DNA from: the human T2T-CHM13v2.0 reference genome, Homo sapiens
DNA length: 64,000 nt
NCBI RefSeq assembly: GCF_009914755.1
Contig: NC_060933.1
Reading direction: 5' to 3' (one strand)
The notes beneath the pieces are model-generated. The model saw only the letters and a list, made by a program, of their open reading frames with translations, ran no database searches and was not told the origin of the DNA. The position numbers and the translations under genes are program-made. Shown in pieces: positions 53,584 to 64,000 of this stretch (positions are counted from its first letter, which is position 1; each line of letters opens with the position of its first letter).

Positions 53584-55189
53584 CCATCAGCCTAAGGACA
53601 AGCCAACATGCTGGCAATGGCCAAGGAGAAAGAAGGAAGCACTTGAGTCTGACAATGTTGTTGAGCTGTTGAAGCTGTCAATCCCAAAGCTTCCATATCA
53701 TTGGACTCTTACGTGAGACAATAAAGGTTCCCCATTGTTTAAGGCATTTGGAGTTGATTTTTTTTCTATTTCTTGAAGTAAAATGCATTGAGCTAGACAT
53801 GGGGCAAAGTAAGTTGTTTGCCATCAAGAATGTTATAATTTAAGTCAGGTCTGGACTGACAGAAGTTTTTTTGGGGTGAATTTTACGCTCAATTCAAGTT
53901 CTGATACCAGCCAACCATTTATTGTACAGACAGTAAAAAGACATTTGAAGCTGTTAACCTATTGAACAGAAGCTAGCTCACTGGAGAAGGACAAGAAAGC
54001 TTCCTTCCCATGTATAAGCACATAGTAGCTGTTTCACTTGGCTGTCTCCGGGTAGGAAATAAGAATCAAAATTTCCAACTCAGTATGAACTTCAGGGCCA
54101 CATTAAGTAAGTTGGCAATCAAAGCCAATGCAGGAGTCATCATGTCCTTTGCCACACAACTGCTTTTCGCTGTCTTCTCCTCGTCCCTTTCCCAACACCT
54201 CAGGCCAATCCTGGATACTCCCAAGTGAGTTGCCAATCATTCAACAAACACCTCTGAAGAATCTAGTGGACTCCCAGCATTGTGCTAAACACTGGATCAC
54301 AGATCTAGATACAGTGGTTTGCCAGAAGCTTTTGCAGAGAAGGAAATTGAGCTTCCAAACGACTAAGTGAGATTCAAAACAAGTTCAGTCCAACTTGAAA
54401 GTTCTTGATCTTTCCACTAGGCTACTCAGCTTCTCAGAAGCATAGAAACATAAGACTTGGTCCCTGCTTCAGTGAGCTCATAGCCAAAAACATATAAGGT
54501 GAGACAAAAATAGAGAAAAGGAAGAGGAATTTATAAGTGACAAGTATTGCTTAGATATGCCAGAAGATAAACTGGATATCCACAACAGGAAGGGAAGTAG
54601 GGTGACAATAGAATAATTTATGTTTTGTCCCTGAGCAAATGCTTCTGGATTTTAGCTTCTGTGGCCTAATTCATTCACTAGAGCTTAATTTTAGCAAAAT
54701 AGCAATATATATGTCTTTGATCCCCTTACAAGGCTATCTTTAAGGGCCGTTTTATAAGAAGCCCTGCAAACAGAGCTCCCTTGAGTTTCCAATTTTTTTT
54801 CCTTCCAGTGACATTTTCATTCTGATAAGAATAAGTTCTCAAGGAAGAATTTGTTGGCAGTGGATAAGATAAGCAGTTTTAAGCAGGGGCTTTTCCTGGT
54901 GTCTCCCAATATGAATATGGGCTTTGACCAATTATTCCCAAACCTCTTTATTAGAGAAAGCAGATGTGTTAAAGAATAGAGTGAACCATTTTGGTGTTTT
55001 TCTGGACAGAGTGGATGAGTGAAATGAAAATGATGTCACTGTTCACATATATTTTACGCTCGTATTTAGGCTGATTGTCAGAATGTATATTCCCCAGGAT
55101 TTTTTTTTTTTTTTTTAATTTCTGAGTCTTTTCTACCAAAGATCTTTTTGTATATGTGTGTGTGTGTATATGATCTTTTGTGTATATGT

Positions 55190-55330
55190 GTGTGTGATAA
55201 GAATACTTAACATAATATCTACCCTTTTAGCAACTTTTAAGTATAGGTACAATAGTGCCTATACTTGTTAACTATAGGCACTCTACACTATAGTAGAATC
55301 TCTAGGACTTACTCGTTTTGCATAACACCC
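55190..55330 (-). mobile_element. L1MA/MB 3' end fragment
   Basis: tacttaacataatatctacccttttagcaacttttaagtat...gttaactataggcac. Confidence 0.7.
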
Positions 55331-55820
55331 TGAATTCTTACCTGTCTTCTTTTTCTTGCCTGGGAGCATGTACCTAGAGAAAAACTTGCAGGGATGTAAA
55401 GTTCTTATTATTTCATTGGCTAGCTTATCTATATATATAAAAACTTGGTAGAAAAATAGGAGAAGCCATTTTCTATTATCTAGGCTACCCTGCAGTTATT
55501 TTTCCCATGTTTTTATCATATATATGTTTAAAGGTTGTCTGCATTTAGAACAATCTTTATTCTGCTCAAAAGACAAATATGTATTAACCTGTGTTAAATC
55601 TTCATAGAATCGAAGAATCTCAGAGTTTACAAAGATCATAGAAAAATTTCCCAGACTCCAAACAAATACTTAGATGTCTTCTACAAATACCTCTAATCTT
55701 TGCTTGCAAACTTTCAGTTACTAAGGTAGCTTTTTCTTGTTGGGGGAAATGAAAATTAATAATGAGAATTAACAAAATGTTTCCTTTTTTATTTGCTTTT
55801 GCACTTCAGCAATTGGACCC

Positions 55821-58591
<2,771 letters not shown>

Positions 58592-58607
58592 GATCCACTC
58601 TGCCCTC

Positions 58608-58728
58608 TTTTTTTTAGTTTTTTTAATTTTTTTAGTTCCACAGGTTTTTGGGGAACAGGTGGTATTTGGTTACATGAGTAAGTTCTTTAGTGGTGATTTG
58701 TGAGATTTTGGTGTACCCATCACCCGAG
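58608..58728 (-). mobile_element. L1PB1-like extreme 3' end
   Basis: ggtttttggggaacaggtggtatttggttacatgagtaagttctttagtggtgat; TSD-like ctgccctctttt/ctgccctgtttt. Confidence 0.85.
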
Positions 58729-58729
58729 A

Positions 58730-59010
58730 TACTGCCCTGTTTTCTATGACAGGCCTTCAGATACTTAAATATAAATCTTGTGACTTCTTCTAAGTCTTCT
58801 CTTTCCCCAAATACACACATTCTATTAGGAATATCATTTTCTCCTTCTGCCACATTTCTGTCCTGGCCCAAAATAGGAATTTTCACCTTCCAGAGGTATT
58901 GAGAAGGAATGTTTTCCTTGTTCCTGGTCCCCTGTCATTATTCTTCTCAAAGGCTGAGGAGCACCTTATCTAACTAGGTGTATTAATAAAGTCCTGAACA
59001 TGTGAGGCTG
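58730..59010 (-). mobile_element. L3/CR1 fragment (continues the piece at ~55600-55820 across the MST insertion)
   Basis: atgacaggccttcagatactt...ctaagtcttctctttccc. Confidence 0.45.
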
Positions 59011-60339
59011 AGCCTTTGATCAGGCATCTTTTTGGCTAACCTGCTAGAGAGATGAATGTGTTCACTTCTATTCCTGGTTCCATATGGTGATACCTGGCCA
59101 GGGCCTGGTGCTGCCTTCTAGAGACGTGGTTAGAGAACCTTCTCTGTCATTGCTCTTGATGTTAAACAGATACAAGGCAGACCACAGGCCTTCAGAGGGG
59201 CTGGGTCAGTGTGTCTCCTCTAGGTTCCATCCTTGCAAGTATAGCTCCCAAAATGTAGGTGCTGCAGGTCCAAGTCATATCCATGAATCCGGTATTGCCA
59301 GCAATAAAAATAATAGTTTTTACTCCTCTGTTTGTATTTCTCAATTGTGTCTAAACTTGAATGAGGAAAGAATGCAATTATTATTCATGAGGAAAACACT
59401 CAACATATTGCAATATACCACATGCATCATGGTTGCTAGTCTCTTGAACACTCTCCAGTGTGTCAAAGTCCCATCCCAGTGAGGTTGCCAGAACCGAACA
59501 AAACAATGAAGTGTGGATTGACAATATAGAAAATTCCCTGTGTTCTGGATATTAAAGCTTTTCAACTAAATAACTGAGTCACAGATACTTTACAAACACA
59601 GAGTCTGGATAATTTATAAAGATGTTATATTTTACTTGACTAGGATCTCCCAAAGAAAATTGGGAAAGTGGCTCCCCTGAAAGCCCAGTGGGCTACCACT
59701 AGCTTCCTCCCTGCCCTGACACTTTCAAATAGGCCTCTCACTTCTGAAAGCCAGGCATTAACAAGGCTTTTGGTCCCCTACTGTAGAGACCAGTACAAAG
59801 GAAAGGGGCAGACCATAAAGTTCTGTCACTTCTATTTCTTGGGAGCTGGCTCCAGGGTTCTTTCTGATTCCACAGTGTTGGAGGAAGGTGTTTCATTTAG
59901 TTTCCAAACCACAGGGAACTGGAACTTTGGGGAAGTTTTTGATCCTGTGGTTTATCAATCGTATCATTCTCTTTTCTGGGCTTACTGTTCCATGATGCAA
60001 GAGCTGCTGTCTATGTTCAGGAAGCTGGTCTTTTCTGTTATTCGTTTGACTAAAATATCAAGCAAGTTGTGGAATCCCTCAGTCTTGGAATGGATTCCTT
60101 TAATAAAACCAAAAAAAAAGTACGTCGGGGTTGAAGGGAAGGAATTATTCTGTTTAGTGAAGGAAAACTCAGTGATTTCTAAAATTGCTGAGGTCTAGAT
60201 GGAGAGTGCTCAGTGTAGAGGGGATTCTCATCTGATTTAGAGTCTCCTCCCTCTGTTTTCCCTGGGAGCCCTCCATATCGAACCTTCCTGCTGCCACCAC
60301 ATTCAACTCCAGGGGTACATGTGCCCCATTTTCTAAGTT

Positions 60340-60830
60340 CTAGTTTAGTTTCCCTCAAAAGCAGAGCCTGGGGCAAGAACTTGAGTGCTGTTAGTTTATT
60401 TGGAGGCAATCCCAGAAAACATACATGAGGGATTAGGAAGTGAGATACAGAATGGAGAGAAGCCAATAAAGGATGTGTTAATGAGGAAGTTACTGCTGCA
60501 GTTACATTGGTCCCCGTCCTACTGGATATCCTCTAGAAAACTGTGAAATACACCTCCAAATTCACTCACAAGTCAAAAGAGGCTGGGGCATTTTCCCAGT
60601 GACTCTCATCCCCGTGGGCCCAGAGCTAGCCTGGAGGAATTAAATTCCCTGGCCATCCAGATTGTACCTCGTTTTGTGGAGCAAGCTCCTTTGATGTCAA
60701 CAGAGGACCCTATCAGAGAAGAAGGGAGCAGCAGGTATCTGTACTGGGAAGCTGTGATGGAATGCCAGACGCCATCTTCTCTGGTAGCAGGTACACTCAG
60801 ATAAGGCTAGCGGATGAGGTGGAGCATCCA
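60340..60830 (-). mobile_element. LTR16-family ERVL LTR
   Basis: aagcagagcctggggcaagaacttgagtgc..tagtttatttggaggcaatcccagaaa...gaagccaataaagg. Confidence 0.65.
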
Positions 60831-61254
60831 TGATGACTGATGTAAAACCCCAGGAGCCTACATGAAGGTGAAAAAAAAATCCTGCTTTTCTTGCTTTCCA
60901 TTAGTCCAGATGAAAGAGGCGACTATTTAAAAACTCCTCCAAATTGTTAAGATGGAATAAGAAATAAAGGAAATAGAAACACACAAAGAAACATAGTAGA
61001 CCAGGTCCTGAAATACAAGTTGCTGGTCCCCAGTAACTGCACTGTCTTCAAGGAGAGTACCAAACTGCCTACTTCCCTCTAAGCACCTGTCCATCTCCCC
61101 ATGGTGAACACATTCTAGCTTTTGCCACACAGGACGACAGATTCTTGTCATTTTTATTGTCAAGGTCAAATGGACCACTCAGCCTCCTTCCTTGGCTGGT
61201 TTTCTTATATGAGAATAACTTGTGCATATTTTTCATATAACAGCTTATAATATT

Positions 61255-61490
61255 GGTCACCAAAACCATGGTCTCTAGAGCTAGATATCTCAGTTGGAAT
61301 TTTGGCTTTTTACGTGTTGTGCAAATTTGGGCAAGTTACTTAATTGCTTTGTGCCTCAGTTTCTTCACTTGTAAAACAGAGATCATGAAAGAATCCAATC
61401 ATTAAAGTTGTAAGGGTTTAATGAGTTAATATAGAAACAATGCCTGGTACATAAACACACTATACAAATATTGAATGTTCTTCTTATTAT
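61255..61490 (+). mobile_element. MIR SINE
   Basis: ttgggcaagttacttaa...gtgcctcagtttcttcacttgtaaaa. Confidence 0.75.
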
Positions 61491-63171
61491 TAGGCTGTAG
61501 TTTACACATAGGTAATATCTCCCCTTTCAGCTTAACATAATGAAGTGACCTTCCATTTCAGAGCCACTCTATAATGCCATAACTACTCAATAGCCACAAC
61601 CTGCAATAAGAATCAGGGCATACACAGTAATAAGAAGGTCTTTCTAATGGTGAGAACATTACTAGGCTGGAGTGAGTTGCTAGGGTTTTATTTCTTTCTT
61701 TAATGTGTGTGAATTTAGCCAAGTCTAGCAGAATCTTTTCTAGCCTTTCCTAACACCCTTAAATTGGAAGATAGATTTGCCAATCCTGGACTGGAACTGC
61801 TTGCCACAGGCAGAAATTGCCATCTTTAAACATGTTTGTCTCCTCTGTGGCTTCAGGTAGGCCAAACTAGAACTTTTCCGTAATGCTTCCCAAAGAAAGT
61901 ACTATGATCAAGATGGCTGACTACCCAGCCCAGCACTCTCCTCCTACACAAGAAAGGAACAGAGCAGCAAATAGACAACTATATATTGAATAGACTGTCT
62001 AAGGAATTCTTGCTGGAATTTAGCAAGAAAGTGACGAAAATCCTCTGAGGCACAGAAACTTGGGATGGCAGCATAGAGGGGGAAGCAAAGCACCCAGCTG
62101 GGATTGACTTAGAGCCAAGAGGGATTCACCATTGTTAGGAAAAGGTTAACAGGAGATTCTCAAAGTCCACTTTGCCACCACAGATGCCCACAATACTAGC
62201 TACAAGAGAGCCCCACAGCCCTCTTAGGGTCCTAAGCCCAGTAGAGGGAACTGCATGGAATCTATGTGACTGCACTCTTCCAGAAAAGAAAATTTATACT
62301 GCATGCTCCTCACTCGCTGGGATCCAGCCTACTGCACCATGATGCAATTTTGAGAGAGAGGTCACCAGCAGAGTACATCCTGCCCTGGAGCTGAATAACC
62401 CCTGTATCTTTACATCCCTAGGGTTCACTGACACCTCACCCAGAGGACTGCAGCAACATAACACCAGCTGAACACAGCAGTGCAGCCATGACGCAGCATG
62501 AGCTCACACAGGGCCCTACACACCAGACACAGGCCATCCAGCACAGTAGGAGGCTGCACTTAGGGCAAAGGGAGCCAACATATGCACTCCCCACAGCCTA
62601 AAACCTGCCCACTTGCAACCTTGCCCCCTCCAGCAGCAGAGCTGCTGCACATGCGCATGTGCCACTCAAGGGCTTGAGGGCTAGCCTGCTTGAGGCCCAC
62701 TGCTGCTGCTGGCAACCCCATTCCTCCAGTGGCAGAGCCACTACCTGTACACGCACCCCATCCCAATACTAGCTGCTCAGTTTCTCCACCCCAGCAAAGC
62801 TGCACCACAGCTTCCAAGAACAACTGCAGCCTAAGCCGTTGAGGCACTCACAGATACCAGTGACATTTATTACAGCCAAAAAAATCATATAGAGAATACA
62901 CTACTGTGCCCACTCAGAACCAAAGCCAAAGCACTCTACCCAACCAACACTATAGGACACATCTACAGGAAAAAGTCTCCCTGTAGAACTATCTCATACA
63001 ATTGAAAGAAGCAACTGTCTCACCAGATGCACATATATTAACATAGGAACAGCAGAAACAAGAAAAAGCAAGAAAATATGACACTTCTAAAAACACAATA
63101 ATTCTCCAATAGCAGATCTTCCAAAAAAGGAAATCTATGAAATGTCTAAAAAGGGATCCAAGATAATGATC

Positions 63172-63415
63172 TTTTTTTTATGATTATTATACTTTAAGTT
63201 CTAGGGTACACGTGCACAACGTGCAGGTTTATTACATATGTATATATGTGCCATATTGGTGTGCTGCAACCATTAACTTGTCATTTACATTAGGTATATC
63301 TCCTAATGCTGTCCCTCCCCCTTCCCTACACCCCACAACAGGCCCCAGTGTGTGATGTTCCCCTTCCTGTGTCCAAGTGTTCTCATTGTTCAATTCCCAC
63401 CTATGAGTGAGAACA
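63172..63415 (-). mobile_element. L1PA (L1PA4/5-like) 3'UTR fragment nested in old L1 ORF1
   Basis: ttattatactttaagttctagggtacacgtgcacaacgtgc...cccacctatgagtgagaaca. Confidence 0.92.
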
Positions 63416-63544
63416 AACTGAGATATAAGAGAACACAGACAATTCAACAAAATCAGAAAAACAATTCATGATCTGAATAAGAAATTCAACACAGAAATAA
63501 ATAAATATCATTTTTAATAATGAAACAAATCTTGAAACCAAAGA

Positions 63545-63560
63545 ATATATATATATATAT

Positions 63561-63593
<33 letters not shown>
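63545..63593. repeat. (TA)n(CA)n compound microsatellite
   Basis: Directly visible in the sequence. Confidence 0.95.
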
Positions 63594-63598
<5 letters not shown>

Positions 63599-63959
63599 TA
63601 GAGAACTTCAACAATAGATTAGATCAAGCAGAAGAAAGAATTTCTGAACTTTAAAACTGGTTTTTTGGAATAAACCAGTCAGACCAAAAAATAATAGTAA
63701 TAATAAATAGAAAAAAGATTTTAAAAGAATGAGGAAGGCCTATGGAATGCCATTAAGCAAACCAATGTTCACACAACGGGAATTTCAGAAAGAGAAGGAA
63801 TAGAAAAAGGCATAGGTAACTTATTTAATAAAATAATAGCTGAATATTTTCCAAGTCTTGGAAAAGATACAGACATCTGGATATAGAAAGCTGAAAGAGT
63901 CACAAAAAAACACAATCCTCTCCAAGACACATTATAATCAAACTGTTAAAAAATAAAAA

Positions 63960-64000
63960 GGACCAGTCGCAGTGGCTCATGCCTGTAATCGCAGCACTTT
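63960..64000 (+). mobile_element. Alu 5' end, cut by the window edge
   Basis: gcagtggctcatgcctgtaatcgcagcacttt. Confidence 0.85.

Larger units (their letters stand above)
61905..63959 (+). mobile_element. Old L1 (L1M/L1MA-type) 5'UTR and ORF1 start
   Basis: caagatggctgacta start, GC-richer 5'UTR, ORF1-like gagaacttcaacaatagattagatcaagcagaagaaagaatttctgaact. Confidence 0.75.

Noticed and set aside
59668-60198. 176-aa plus-strand ORF as a CDS
   Set aside because: It starts at GTG and has no recognisable domain or promoter context; the splice signals favour the opposite strand if anything.

Overview
This is human (primate) non-coding genomic DNA, intergenic or deep intronic. It is AT-rich and dominated by interspersed repeats: Alu, L1, L2, L3/CR1, MIR, MaLR/ERVL LTRs, and hAT and Tc1-mariner DNA-transposon fossils. 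An AluYa5 carrying all five diagnostic bases points to Homo sapiens. I find no supportable protein-coding gene, RNA gene or CRISPR array; the protein-like ORFs in the track are L1 ORF1/ORF2 remnants or read-throughs of Alu and LTR sequence. I also see no convincing new multi-gene biological system. The most interesting signals are: (1) a ~370 bp GC-rich foreign segment inside an old MLT1 LTR, with fold-back repeats at both junctions (45600-45990); (2) a ~1.35 kb almost pure A/T minisatellite array at the tail of an L1PA element; (3) a very young AluYa5; (4) a CpG-retaining unique element with CCAAT and RE1-like motifs (~37.4-37.8 kb); (5) a divergent pair of CTCF-like motifs; and (6) two exon-like segments with splice signals. 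Repeat subfamily names come from recalled consensus sequences, and the boundaries of old repeats are approximate.
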